Positions 1 through 9,447 are shown, counted from the stretch's first letter. The stretch: DNA of 64,000 bases from an uncultured Acidimicrobiales bacterium (GCA_963763885.1 CAVXQD010000007.1:495919-559918), one strand, 5' to 3'. The notes: a model not told the origin generated them from the sequence alone. Numbers and translations are program-made.

Positions 1-1078
1 AGGCAACATGCTCCAGGTACGACGAACCGTGATGAAATCCGCCGTGCCTCACCCGTGGATCCAGGGCTGCATCGAACTCGGTGATCTGACCAGGTTGCGG
101 GTATCCGTTGCGTAGCGGGGCCCGACGCCCAACCCGCACCAGGCCGCTGGGAACAAACGCCTCGACCTTTCCTTCCGTACCAACCGCGCACAGCTCCTGC
201 TCGTTGAGACCAGCCTCGGCAAACATGCAGAGGTCCAACATGGCGCGGACTCCGTTTGAGTACTCCACGATGACATACGCATTGTCGAGAATGTCGGGCG
301 TTTCTCCTGCAGCGTTGCCGGGGTAACGCTCGTCGAGGTGGTTCACGTCCTGCCCGCCGCTGGCCATGACCCTCACCGGGCGAGCACCAGGAGAACCTGC
401 CGCAACGGCCATATTCATCAGATCGAAGAAGTGGCAGCACTTCTCAACGAGCGTGCCGCCCGTGTTGATGGTGAAACGGTTCCAGTCGCCAACCTTTGGC
501 AGGAACGGGTACCGGTGTTCGCGGATAGACACCATCTGCAGGCGGCCGGCGTTGTGGAGTTCTGCCATGAACCTTGCCACCGGCGGCATGAAGCGGTACT
601 CAAGGCCGACCCACACAATGCCGCGGTGCAGTTGGGATCGTTCGGCGATGCGGCGAGCATCCGCGATGGTTGTCGCAAGTGGCTTTTCCACCAACACGTG
701 CATGTCTGGATGGTTGTCGAACACGAGATCGAGCACACCCGCGTGCGTGAAGTTTGGGGTTGCCACCACAACTGCGTCACACAATCCGCTGTTCAACAAC
801 CCGGCCGCGTCGGCGAACACCGCCGGTGGATCTCCTAATTGACCAACGGGCGCAACGCCTTCGTCTGCAAGCTTTGAACCACCGGAGAAGACATATTCGC
901 CACGCAAATCGGCGAGTGAATTCTCGATGCTGCTTGGGTTCGGATCGGCAAGAGCGGTCACGACGACACTTCCGCCGTTGCCCTCTTGATTGAGGGCGAT
1001 GTTGAGGGCCATGAGATTGCGGATGTGCTCCCGTCCCATCATTCCTGCACCAATAACGCCGTACCGAAGGTTCTCCAT
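1..1078 (-). CDS. Gfo/Idh/MocA family NAD(P)-dependent oxidoreductase (C-terminal end runs off the window)
   Basis: Own minus-strand translation from ATG at 1078 gives MENLRYGVIGAGMMGREHIRNL (Rossmann GxGxxG) and later VLVEKPLATT (family EKP motif). The frame stays open to position 1, so it is absent from the ORF track. Confidence 0.8.
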   Translation of the reverse strand, partial: MENLRYGVIGAGMMGREHIRNLMALNIALNQEGNGGSVVVTALADPNPSSIENSLADLRGEYVFSGGSKLADEGVAPVGQLGDPPAVFADAAGLLNSGLCDAVVVATPNFTHAGVLDLVFDNHPDMHVLVEKPLATTIADARRIAERSQLHRGIVWVGLEYRFMPPVARFMAELHNAGRLQMVSIREHRYPFLPKVGDWNRFTINTGGTLVEKCCHFFDLMNMAVAAGSPGARPVRVMASGGQDVNHLDERYPGNAAGETPDILDNAYVIVEYSNGVRAMLDLCMFAEAGLNEQELCAVGTEGKVEAFVPSGLVRVGRRAPLRNGYPQPGQITEFDAALDPRVRHGGFHHGSSYLEHVA

Positions 1079-1106
1079 GCCGAGCGACGGTAGCCTCCCT
1101 CGTGTG

Positions 1107-2039
1107 ATGACACGCCAACTCGGAAACACAGATATCGAGGTCGGGGCAATCGCCTTCGGCTGTTGGAGGTTCGCAGGAACCGACGTGGCCACCGCACGGG
1201 CTCGTATCGAAACGGCGTTGGATGCAGGGATGACCCTCATCGACACCGCCGACGTCTACGGCCTGGACAACGACGCTCCATGGGGTGGCGCAGAGGATCT
1301 TCTGGGCAAGGTTCTTGCCGAGGCACCCGAACTGCGGGACCGGATGGTGCTCGCAACCAAGGGCGGCATTCACCTCGGCACTCAGCACGCCGGCCGATCT
1401 GGCCTTGGTGTTCCGTACGAGTCTGGCGGCGAGTGGATCACCCACGCATGCGAGCAGTCATTGCGCCGCCTCAACACCGACGTCATCGACTTGTATCAGA
1501 TTCACCGCCCAGACCTACTGGCTCATCCGGCCGAGGTGGCAGCGACCTTGGTGTCCTTGGTCGAGTCCGGCAAAGTGCGCCACCTCGGCGTATCGAATTA
1601 CTCGGCTTCACAGCTAAGCGCGCTTATGTCTCACCTCGAGATCCCGCTCGTGTCCATTCAGCCAGAGTTCTCCATTGCCTGCCTGGACCCCATCGACGAT
1701 GGCGTGTTCGACCTCGCCATGACCCACGGGCTCACACCGCTCGCATGGAGCCCTCTCGCTGGAGGCCGATTGGTTGAACCCAAGTCTCGTGGCGGCAATT
1801 CGGACGACGCCCGCATGGCAACCATCCACTCCGTGATGGACGAGTTGGCCGAGCAATACAACACGGACCGCAACGGCATCGCCCTTGCGTTTGTCCTCGC
1901 GCATCCGGCGGGTGTCATACCCATCATCGGCACGGGCAACCTGCAACGCATCACGCAGTCAGCAGCGGCTGCCGATGTGACGTTGTCAAAGGCCGATTGC
2001 TACCGGCTCATTGCGGCCAGCGGCCGGGCGCTCCCATGA
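1107..2039 (+). CDS. aldo/keto reductase
   Basis: ORF 990..2039. Sequence MTRQLGNTDIEVGAIAFGCWRF...LIDTADVYG...LATKGG...LYQIHRPD...LGVSNYS is a typical AKR. Start chosen at ATG 1107; 1077 is also possible. Confidence 0.85.
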   Translation: MTRQLGNTDIEVGAIAFGCWRFAGTDVATARARIETALDAGMTLIDTADVYGLDNDAPWGGAEDLLGKVLAEAPELRDRMVLATKGGIHLGTQHAGRSGLGVPYESGGEWITHACEQSLRRLNTDVIDLYQIHRPDLLAHPAEVAATLVSLVESGKVRHLGVSNYSASQLSALMSHLEIPLVSIQPEFSIACLDPIDDGVFDLAMTHGLTPLAWSPLAGGRLVEPKSRGGNSDDARMATIHSVMDELAEQYNTDRNGIALAFVLAHPAGVIPIIGTGNLQRITQSAAAADVTLSKADCYRLIAASGRALP

Positions 2040-3097
2040 GCCTCGAAGTTGCGTGGTTCGCTGCACTCTGCGACGACGATTACGAATTTCTCGGAGTCCC
2101 AGACTCTGCGTTGCGCAGCACGTTCCAACACTGCGGACACATTGCTCGCCGCGCCGAAGCGCATGGCTTCGACAACATCCTGCTGCCGTCCGGATACGAC
2201 CTAGGCATCGACTCCACCGCGTTTGCTGCTGGCATCGCCACCCAAACCACCGACATCAACTTGTTGCTTGCGGTTCGCTGTGCAGAACTGTGGCCGCCGC
2301 AGTTGGCGCGCCAGCTTGCGACCATCGATCAGATGGCCAAGGGACGGCTGACCATCAACATCATCTCTTCCGACCTGCCCGGCGCACCGCTCGCCAGCGC
2401 GCCGCGCTACGCCCGATCCACCGAGATCATGCACGTGTTGCGGTCCTTGCTCAACGGCCAGCGGGTTGACCATGACGGCGAGTTCTACACGTTGCATGTA
2501 GACCCACCTCGCGCCTCTACGGTGCGCGGAACCTGTCCGCCGTTCTACTTCGGTGGGCTATCGGAGGACGCGCAGAACTGCGCAGCCGAAGCCGCTGACG
2601 TTTTCCTGATGTGGCCCGACACCATTCCCAACGTGCAAAAGGTGAAGGACGACATGACGGCGCGCGCCGCTCGGTTCAACCGCACGTTGTCGTTCGGTTA
2701 CCGGGTCCACGTGGTGGTGCGCGAAACCGAGTCCGCTGCACGTGACGCAGCCGATCGTTTGTTGTCGAAGCTGGATGACTCGGCCGGAGAAGCCATCAGG
2801 GCAAAGAGCCTTGACTCGCAATCCGTCGGCGTTCGTCGCCAAGCCGAACTGCGCCAGACAGCAGAGGCCAACGATGGTTACGTCGAAGAAAATCTGTGGA
2901 CCGGAATCGGTCGGGCACGTTCCGGATGCGGTGCGGCCATCGTGGGTGACCCAGACCAGGTGTTGGCCAAAATCCGGGCCTACGAGGCAATGGGCATCGA
3001 GGCGCTCATCCTCTCGGGCTATCCGCACCTCGACGAATGCGATCTGTTCGCCAAGTATGTCCTTCCAGAACTGGACCATGGCAAGCTGCACAAATGA
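2036..3097 (+). CDS. LLM-class (luciferase-like) flavin-dependent oxidoreductase
   Basis: ORF 1997..3097. MSLEVAWFAALCDDD...GFDNILLPSGY...LLAVRC...GRLTINIISSD resembles the SsuD/luciferase-like fold. ATGA overlap with the upstream stop at 2036-2039. Confidence 0.8.
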   Translation: MSLEVAWFAALCDDDYEFLGVPDSALRSTFQHCGHIARRAEAHGFDNILLPSGYDLGIDSTAFAAGIATQTTDINLLLAVRCAELWPPQLARQLATIDQMAKGRLTINIISSDLPGAPLASAPRYARSTEIMHVLRSLLNGQRVDHDGEFYTLHVDPPRASTVRGTCPPFYFGGLSEDAQNCAAEAADVFLMWPDTIPNVQKVKDDMTARAARFNRTLSFGYRVHVVVRETESAARDAADRLLSKLDDSAGEAIRAKSLDSQSVGVRRQAELRQTAEANDGYVEENLWTGIGRARSGCGAAIVGDPDQVLAKIRAYEAMGIEALILSGYPHLDECDLFAKYVLPELDHGKLHK

Positions 3098-3738
3098 GCA
3101 CCGCACCGCCCATGCCGCCCTCCATACCTCCGTCCACGCTCCACTGGCAAAATACCGACGTCGAAGTACACAAGGTCGTCGTCGGCCCCTACGACAACAA
3201 CGTGTTTACGGTCCGTTGCCGCGCCACCGGCGAAGCCATGCTCATCGATGCCGCCAACGAGCACGAGCAACTGCTGGCGTTGTGTCAGGACCTCGGGGTT
3301 CGTCAGGTAGTTGAGACGCACGGGCACTGGGACCACATCCAAGCGGTGACGCAAATCCGCGATGCCGGGTATCGGGTGTCGGTCACGGCTGCCGATGCGG
3401 GCATGCTCCCTAGCTACGACCTGATCCTGGAAGACGACGAGGTGCTTGAGGTCGGGCGGCTTCGCATCCGCACCATCCTCACGCCGGGCCACACCCGAGG
3501 TTCCATCTGCTTCCAGGTCGAAGGTACGCCGTTGTTGTTCAGCGGCGACACGCTGTTCCCCGGCGGTCCCGGCGCAACGAAGTTCGAGGGCAGCGACTTC
3601 CCCACCATCATCACGTCCATCGAGTCGCGGCTCTTCACGTTGCCGCCCGAGTTCATGGTGCTCCCCGGCCACGGCGTCGACACCACCATCGGAACGGAAC
3701 GCCCTCACCTCCAAGAGTGGGTCGACCGCGGCTGGTAA
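3094..3738 (+). CDS. MBL-fold metallo-hydrolase (glyoxalase II-like)
   Basis: ORF 3037..3738. Contains the THGHWDH metal motif and later PGHTRGS and GDTLFPGG. ATGA overlap with the upstream stop at 3094-3097. Confidence 0.85.
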   Translation: MSTAPPMPPSIPPSTLHWQNTDVEVHKVVVGPYDNNVFTVRCRATGEAMLIDAANEHEQLLALCQDLGVRQVVETHGHWDHIQAVTQIRDAGYRVSVTAADAGMLPSYDLILEDDEVLEVGRLRIRTILTPGHTRGSICFQVEGTPLLFSGDTLFPGGPGATKFEGSDFPTIITSIESRLFTLPPEFMVLPGHGVDTTIGTERPHLQEWVDRGW

Positions 3739-3807
3739 GTAACGAGCCCGTTCGGCCTGGACCGCTGCAGCCGGGCGGGTCCCAGTTCTGGCGTGAAGGA
3801 TGCTTGG

Positions 3808-3853
3808 GCAAACATGATGCAGCTGCATCGCGCTCCCGTTCCGTGGCGCTCCG
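3808..3853. repeat. IR-A (outer left), palindrome-core repeat
   Basis: Sequence gcaaacatGATGCAGCTGCATCgcgctcccgttccgtggcgctccg. The reverse complement of 6001-6047 matches 31 of the first 32 nt, then matches partially. Confidence 0.75.
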
Positions 3854-3984
3854 GTTCCATCGTGTCTCCGGTTGCATCGGCCCGGTCGATAGACCATTCG
3901 GCGGGAAGAACAGGCTCACACTTGGGTCGGGCCGTGCCGGATTGGCTATTCCACGTCCAGCGGGCTTGCACCGATTCAGCGGCA

Positions 3985-4045
3985 AAGGTTGTGCGGGCAA
4001 ACACGATGCAGCTGAATCGTGTTTGCAACTCACCGGGGACGGGCC
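3985..4045. repeat. IR-B (inner left), palindrome-core repeat
   Basis: Contains gcaaacacgatgcagctgaatcgtgtttgc (30-nt near-palindrome). It is about 79% identical (48/61 by hand alignment) to the reverse complement of 5861-5924. Confidence 0.7.
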
Positions 4046-4301
4046 AGTCCTCCACCGGCTTGCTCAACCAACGCACTAGACAGAAATTAAATCAGGAAAG
4101 TGATGAACTGAAAACCCGTCTCGCGCACTTGCGAAATTGGGGAAGCCCTCGCCGCAGACCTAACCAGGGCTGCGCGCCTGATCGCGGAGAGTCCAAAGAG
4201 CGAAGCGGACGGGGTTGAGTGCCTGGTTATACGTTCTCACCGTAAAGCCTCAGCACAATAAGGTGCACTGACGGAGCTTGTGGCGGGTCGGGCTCTTCGG
4301 G

Positions 4302-5789
4302 TCAGCCCTGTTGACAGTCGGGTTTGATCTCGGGTTTGATCTCGGGTTTGATCTCGCTGGGACGGGTCTTGTTGTGGAGGTGGCCCTGGACGGCAAGGTG
4401 GACGTCGAACGGCTCGCCGTAGCCGGTTGGTTCGATTGGTCCGGTGCGGGCGGCGGCGGTGTGGTTTGTGAGGTTGCTGGGATTGCCGGAACTGGGCCGA
4501 GAGTTGGTGAGGCCGGGCTTGGTGAATTCCAGCGCTCCGTTGGGGTTGCCAGCGATGACCCATTTGTTGCGATGGACGGCGTGGTGATGCATCGAGCACA
4601 GCAGGATGAGGTTCTGGGTCGTGGTCGTTCCGCCTCTGGAATGTTCATGGATGTGGTGCGCATGGAGCGAACCTCTGGCGCTACATCCTGGAAACCGGCA
4701 CGCTTGGTCGCGTTGGTTCAGCGCACGCCGTTGTGACGTGCTGGGCGCTCGTGGGTGTAACCGCTTATACGTGATTCGTTCATCGGCACTCTCACGAGTT
4801 ATGCCTCCTGCCCTGCGAGCGTGATGCGTTGCGATGATCACATCCGCGTCAGCCGCCAAGCGGTCGGCTTTGGTTGGTGAGATTGGTGGACCGCTTTCGA
4901 GCTCGTCACCGTCGGGGTAACGATGGACGACAACGAGTGGCCGACACGATGCAGCTGCATCGTGTCTCGACGACTCGCCGCCTCCGGTCTCGGGCGACTG
5001 GCCCGGTTGGGCCACCTGCGACAGGGTGATGTGGCCGGCCTCGACAAGGGCCACCAATGCATCGGCCCGCAACTGGTTGAACGGCACTTCGACCGCGACG
5101 ACGTTTACAGACTGCTGATCCGAGTCGGCAGCCTTCGCCTGAGCGCGGGCTCGACTGATCTCACGTTGCATCTGAGTTTCGACTGCGCGGCGCAGGGCTG
5201 TTCCAGCTTCGGCACTCAGCCGGGCACGGACCAGTACCGACCCGTCTTCCTGAGTGATGATCATCAACTCTCGGCGTTCGTGCTGGCGAACCTCATCATC
5301 CACATCGGCTGGACGGGATGCGCGTTCGACCTCGGCAACGAACCGCTCCAACTGTGGTGCCGTTGCGTGCAGAGCCATTTCGACCAGTTCCGCTTCAGAT
5401 CGGGGGCACACCACCCGGCACACAGCCCGCACCCGCGAATAAGACAACCGCCCCTTCGCGAACGTGGCGGCAAGCAGCGGGTACGACTCCAACACTCGAG
5501 CTACGTGCACATACTGTCGGGCGGTTACCAACGACACCCCAACGTGGCCGGACAGCCAGTGAGCCATGGACTTGCATTCCCAGCTTGCCCAGACCTGGCG
5601 GCGGTCGTACTCGGCGATGAGCTGGAACCAGCGTGCTGTTCCCGCGGCGAGGTCTGCCGCCACTTGGCACAGCTCGGCTTCCAATCGCTCGTCTGGCAAC
5701 GCGGCCAACGCAGCCCGATCATGCACAGAAGGGCCAGTCGCTGTCGGAGGCAGAGTGGGAGACGGAAGAACGCTGGACAACGTTGACAT
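4302..5789 (-). CDS. HNH endonuclease with N-terminal DUF222 domain (REP13E12-type protein)
   Basis: ORF 4302..5903, start taken at MSTLSS (ATG 5789). Has the DUF222-like ...ARWFQLIAEYDRRQVW...SMAHWLS... and a C-terminal HNH region CRFPGC...HAHHIHEHSRGG...LILLCSMHHHAVH. Confidence 0.85.
   Translation of the reverse strand: MSTLSSVLPSPTLPPTATGPSVHDRAALAALPDERLEAELCQVAADLAAGTARWFQLIAEYDRRQVWASWECKSMAHWLSGHVGVSLVTARQYVHVARVLESYPLLAATFAKGRLSYSRVRAVCRVVCPRSEAELVEMALHATAPQLERFVAEVERASRPADVDDEVRQHERRELMIITQEDGSVLVRARLSAEAGTALRRAVETQMQREISRARAQAKAADSDQQSVNVVAVEVPFNQLRADALVALVEAGHITLSQVAQPGQSPETGGGESSRHDAAASCRPLVVVHRYPDGDELESGPPISPTKADRLAADADVIIATHHARRAGGITRESADERITYKRLHPRAPSTSQRRALNQRDQACRFPGCSARGSLHAHHIHEHSRGGTTTTQNLILLCSMHHHAVHRNKWVIAGNPNGALEFTKPGLTNSRPSSGNPSNLTNHTAAARTGPIEPTGYGEPFDVHLAVQGHLHNKTRPSEIKPEIKPEIKPDCQQG
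4319..4354. repeat. 12-bp tandem repeat x3 (cgggtttgatct)
   Basis: Perfect triple repeat at the 3' end of the HNH CDS. It encodes EIKPEIKPEIKP on the minus strand. Confidence 0.9.
4943..4966. repeat. 24-bp perfect palindrome GACACGATGCAGCTGCATCGTGTC inside the HNH CDS
   Basis: Same GATGCAGCTGCATC core as the four flanking repeats. It is read in frame as ...RHDAAASC... Confidence 0.9.
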
Positions 5790-5860
5790 GCACCAATATT
5801 GACAAAGGGGTATGACAAAAATCGGGCGAACGAAGAAGATCAGCAAGGATTTCTTTCGCT

Positions 5861-5924
5861 GGCCCGACCCCAGTGAAATGCAAACGCGATGCAGCTGCAT
5901 CACGTTTGTTCGAGCAACCTAAGG
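5861..5924. repeat. IR-B' (inner right)
   Basis: Sequence ggcccgaccccagtgaaatgcaaacgcgatgcagctgcatcacgtttgttcgagcaacctaagg; inverted copy of 3985-4045. Confidence 0.7.
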
Positions 5925-6000
5925 CTTGAACGCGGGCCGAAACATCCGCTGCCGGCCGATGAAACCGAGGGAAACGAAGCAACCCGAGAAACGACGCGAA

Positions 6001-6047
6001 CGGAGTCGCGATGAATCGGGAGCGCGATGCAGCTGCATCCTGTTTGC
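6001..6047. repeat. IR-A' (outer right)
   Basis: Sequence cggagtcgcgatgaatcgggagcgcgatgcagctgcatcctgtttgc; inverted copy of 3808-3853. Confidence 0.75.
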
Positions 6048-6111
6048 GGGAACAAGCTTCAAAACCGACCCGGGGACGCGCCTGACCCCACCCCGCCTTG
6101 GACGCGAAACA

Positions 6112-6128
6112 GCGGCCCGGAAGGCCGC
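6112..6128 (-). terminator. possible intrinsic terminator of whiB
   Basis: GCGGCC / GGCCGC 6-bp stem with a 5-nt loop, followed on the minus strand by TGTTTCG, about 36 nt after the whiB stop. The stem is short and the U-tract weak. Confidence 0.35.
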
Positions 6129-6166
6129 CGCTTCAACTGTGATTCAGTTCTAGCAAGAAGGCAGGG

Positions 6167-6526
6167 TCAGCTGGCTTCGGCCATCTGGTCTTGCTGGTCG
6201 GCTTGCTGCTGCTGATCGCCTTGCGCCGTTGCAGGGCGACGGCGGGCGGCCCGACGGTTCTCTGCGCGCCACAGGCGACGCAGGACTCGGCGCTCGTCTT
6301 CGGTGGTTCCGCCCCACACGCCGTACTCCTGGTTGGTGGTAACGGCGAACTCGAGGCATTGGCCTTTGGCTGGGCATCCTGCGCAGTGCGACTTGGCAAG
6401 GGTGATTTGTTCAACCGCTTGGCCAGTGACACCAATCGGGAAAAAGATCTCCGGATTCAAGTCCCGGCAGACGGCGTCTACGCGCCAATCCAGATCGTTC
6501 CAGCGCTCGTGAAGCATTGTGAGCAT
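6167..6526 (-). CDS. whiB: WhiB-family transcriptional regulator (Wbl) with Gln/Asp-rich C-terminal tail
   Basis: Four Cys in the Wbl pattern (C...CAGCPAKGQC), the G[V]WGG turn (EYGVWGGTTEDERR) and a basic tail. Confidence 0.9.
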   Translation of the reverse strand: MLTMLHERWNDLDWRVDAVCRDLNPEIFFPIGVTGQAVEQITLAKSHCAGCPAKGQCLEFAVTTNQEYGVWGGTTEDERRVLRRLWRAENRRAARRRPATAQGDQQQQADQQDQMAEAS

Positions 6527-6870
6527 CAGTGTTCTCCCTGCCGGTCTCCGGCGTGTGTGGTGACGTTGATGGTGGTGGTGTTGCTGGTGATGCGGTCCTG
6601 ATGTTGTTGCGCTCGCGAGAGATTAAAAACCGACTGCCATGTGTGGCCGTAGTCACTTTCTTTCCCCGAATTTCTTCACACACGGTGATGAACTTTCAGG
6701 TACTCGAAATTTCACTTTCGGCCCGATCAGTACTGTACCGAGCGGTCAAGTTATCTGGGAAGAGGCTCCTTCGAGAATCTCTCCAACAGATGAAGACTAT
6801 CGGGATGACAGATCCAATGAGACAGGGTTCACACCGGTAGATAGCTCAACGACCACGGAACGTGGGAGGT

Positions 6871-8730
6871 TCAGCGGCCCGCTGCAGCGGCTGCAGCTCG
6901 CTGGGCTTCGCCGACGGCATCGGCGACAAGGTCCAATCCGGCATCCCAGAAACCTGGGTCTGCGAGGTCACAGCCCACGCTTGTCGCAAGTTGCTCTGGG
7001 GAGACCGAGCCGCCCAGCGCCAGCATCTGCTCGTAGCGACCCACGAAGGACTCCCCCGCGTCGAGGTAGCGCTTGTACACAGACAACGCCAACAGCTGGC
7101 CAAACGCGTATGCGTAGACATAGCCAGGCACGTGGATGAAATGCGGCACGTAGCTCCACCAGGTGCGGTAACCCGGCGTGATCTCCACCGTGTCGCCAAG
7201 CAACTCTTCCTGGGTGGCTTGCCAGTTGGCGTTGAACGACTCGATGCTCAACTCGCCATCGGCACGCCGGGCCAGATGGCAGCGATCCTCAAACTTCCAC
7301 ATCGCAACCTGACGAAATACTGTGGCGATGTGACCTTGCACATGCTCGGCCAAAAGAGAGAGCCGTTCCGCGGGATCCGTGCTGATGGCAAGGAGTCGGC
7401 CGAACGTAACTTCTTCAGCGAACACCGATGCAGTTTCCGCGACGGTCAGCGGAACACTGTGGTGATAGATGCCCTGGCCCCGAGAAAGCTCGAAGTGCAC
7501 ACCGTGGCCCATCTCGTGAGCGAGCGTCAGCACGTCGTTACGAGTGCCGCTGTAGTTGACAAAGATGTGCGAGTGCGTCGATGGCACATTGGGCGAACAG
7601 AACGCGCCACCGCGCTTGCCGCTGGTAATCGGTGCATGAACCCGATTGTCTTTGAAGAACGCGGCAGCGTGACTGGCCATGGTCGGCGAGAACGACGCAA
7701 ACGCGCCCACTACCTCGTTGGCAGCATCGTTCCAGTCGATGGAGGATTCGTCGACCAACGCCAGCGGAGCAAAGCGGTCGTAGTCGGCCAGCTTCTCAAG
7801 CCCCAGCAGATCCGCTTTGGTTCGGTACCAGTCGCGGGCGATGTCGAACCGATTGGAAACCGCTTCGATAAGTGCGCGTACCGAATCGTCTGAGGCCTGA
7901 TTTGCCAGGTTGCGTGAACTGATCCACGTGGGATAACCGCGGAGGCGGTCCTCGTGTGCCTTGTCAGCCATCAGCGTGTTGTAAATGTACGAACGAGTTC
8001 GCAAGCCCGGAGCAAGTGCTGTGGTGAAGGCCTCGGCAGCAACTCGACGATGGTCTCGGTCAGCGCTCATCAGATGCGAGAACACCAATTCGTACGGTAT
8101 TGGCCCGTCGCCCAGATCCACGGTGAGCGGTCCAAGTTGCTCGTCGTACAGACGGGTCCATGCCGAAGCCCCGGTCACTGACTTCTCGGCCAACAGCCGC
8201 TCTTCGATTTCGGACAACAGATACGGGCGAGCTGCCCGCACCGTTTCCAGATAGTGCGCACAGAATTCCAAGCGGGCATCGGCGATCAGCGGTTGGGCGT
8301 GGTCATCGGACACCGCTGCCCACTCAAGGTCGATGAACCGCAACCGATTTCCGATGTCCGTCGAGCGTTCGGTGATCGATGCGACAAGCGCACCTTTCGC
8401 TTCGTCGATGGAGTCCGTCGATGCATCCAGTTGCGCATACGAGCCAGCCCGGCCAAGCAGGTCGTGAATCCGGCCACCCAGCACCATCAGCCCGGCCAGG
8501 CCAGTTGCGTCCAACTCGGCAACCCGGCCGCGCTGCAGTTCAGCCTCGTCCGCCAGTCGTGCCGCGAGATCAAGGAGCCGGTGCAAGTTCACAGCGGGGG
8601 CAACTGCGTTATCGAACGGCGGTACATCTTCCGGCGAGTCGTCAACAAGCATCCGGAGGTCCCACACGGTCTTGTCCAAGTCCATCGAATCAAGCGTGAG
8701 GTTCGGCCGGGAGTTCTGGAGATCGGTCAC
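6871..8730 (-). CDS. M3-family oligoendopeptidase (PepF-like)
   Basis: 619-aa ORF with the zinc motif HEMGHGVH and length and layout typical of the oligoendopeptidase F family. Confidence 0.85.
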   Translation of the reverse strand: MTDLQNSRPNLTLDSMDLDKTVWDLRMLVDDSPEDVPPFDNAVAPAVNLHRLLDLAARLADEAELQRGRVAELDATGLAGLMVLGGRIHDLLGRAGSYAQLDASTDSIDEAKGALVASITERSTDIGNRLRFIDLEWAAVSDDHAQPLIADARLEFCAHYLETVRAARPYLLSEIEERLLAEKSVTGASAWTRLYDEQLGPLTVDLGDGPIPYELVFSHLMSADRDHRRVAAEAFTTALAPGLRTRSYIYNTLMADKAHEDRLRGYPTWISSRNLANQASDDSVRALIEAVSNRFDIARDWYRTKADLLGLEKLADYDRFAPLALVDESSIDWNDAANEVVGAFASFSPTMASHAAAFFKDNRVHAPITSGKRGGAFCSPNVPSTHSHIFVNYSGTRNDVLTLAHEMGHGVHFELSRGQGIYHHSVPLTVAETASVFAEEVTFGRLLAISTDPAERLSLLAEHVQGHIATVFRQVAMWKFEDRCHLARRADGELSIESFNANWQATQEELLGDTVEITPGYRTWWSYVPHFIHVPGYVYAYAFGQLLALSVYKRYLDAGESFVGRYEQMLALGGSVSPEQLATSVGCDLADPGFWDAGLDLVADAVGEAQRAAAAAAGR

Positions 8731-8765
8731 GCCAGTCAGGTTACGGGAGTTGGGTCGGTAGCATC

Positions 8766-9419
8766 GTGGCTATGACCGAGGGCGCGCAAGACCCCGACAA
8801 CGCAGCTCAGTCGGACAACGCAGCTCAGACCAACGCCGCTGGTCCGTCCGCACACCCGTCGGGCCAGCCGCTGTTCGGGCAGTCCAACGTGCATCGCTCG
8901 CTCGCCGGAAAGCTGCTGGTCAGCCCGCCGTGGATGGACGACCCAACGTTTGCTCGTTCAGTTGTGCTGCTGCTTGCACATACCGAAGACGGCGCTTTCG
9001 GCGTGGTTCTGAACGATGAATCAACAACCGGCGTGGACACCATCGCAGACGTCGTAGGCCCCGCCTGGGCTGCGATGCTTGCTCCTCCCGAATCCATCTT
9101 CGTCGGCGGACCGTGCCAGACCTCCTCGGTCATCGCTCTGGCCATGGTTGACCTCGACGGCGATGAATGGGAAATCACCGTCGTCGACCTCAACCAAGAT
9201 GCGCCGCTCCCGCAGATCTCTCGCATTCGGCTGTTTGCCGGTTATGCAGGATGGGCACCGCTGCAACTGGAATCGGAACTCGCGCACAACGGCTGGTTTG
9301 TCGCCGAGGCCCGCGTCGAGGACAGCATGACAGACAACCCCGACGCGCTCTGGACATCCATCATGGAACGCAACGGCAACCCCTACGCGCGCATACCGGT
9401 GGACCCCTCCCTCAACTAG
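8766..9419 (+). CDS. YqgE/AlgH family protein (UPF0301)
   Basis: LAGKLLVSPPWMDDPTFARSVVLLLAHTEDGAFGVVLN... and ...RLFAGYAGWAPLQLE are family signatures. The start may be ATG 8772. Confidence 0.8.
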   Translation: MAMTEGAQDPDNAAQSDNAAQTNAAGPSAHPSGQPLFGQSNVHRSLAGKLLVSPPWMDDPTFARSVVLLLAHTEDGAFGVVLNDESTTGVDTIADVVGPAWAAMLAPPESIFVGGPCQTSSVIALAMVDLDGDEWEITVVDLNQDAPLPQISRIRLFAGYAGWAPLQLESELAHNGWFVAEARVEDSMTDNPDALWTSIMERNGNPYARIPVDPSLN

Positions 9420-9447
9420 GCACCCGCCTCACCAAGGCCGGACGGGT

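Larger units (their letters stand above)
3808..6047. mobile_element. putative REP13E12-like unit: DUF222-HNH gene bracketed by two nested inverted-repeat pairs
   Basis: The outer pair 3808-3853 / 6001-6047 and the inner pair 3985-4045 / 5861-5924 are mutual reverse complements including asymmetric flanks. They enclose the only gene, 4302..5789. Confidence 0.4.

Noticed and set aside
4079-4301. Possible structured ncRNA between the inner repeat and the HNH stop (GC-rich segment ggggaagccctcgccgcagacc...)
   Set aside because: I could not match it to any RNA family consensus I know (SRP, tmRNA, RNase P, 6S, group II domain V), and only weak local hairpins are present.
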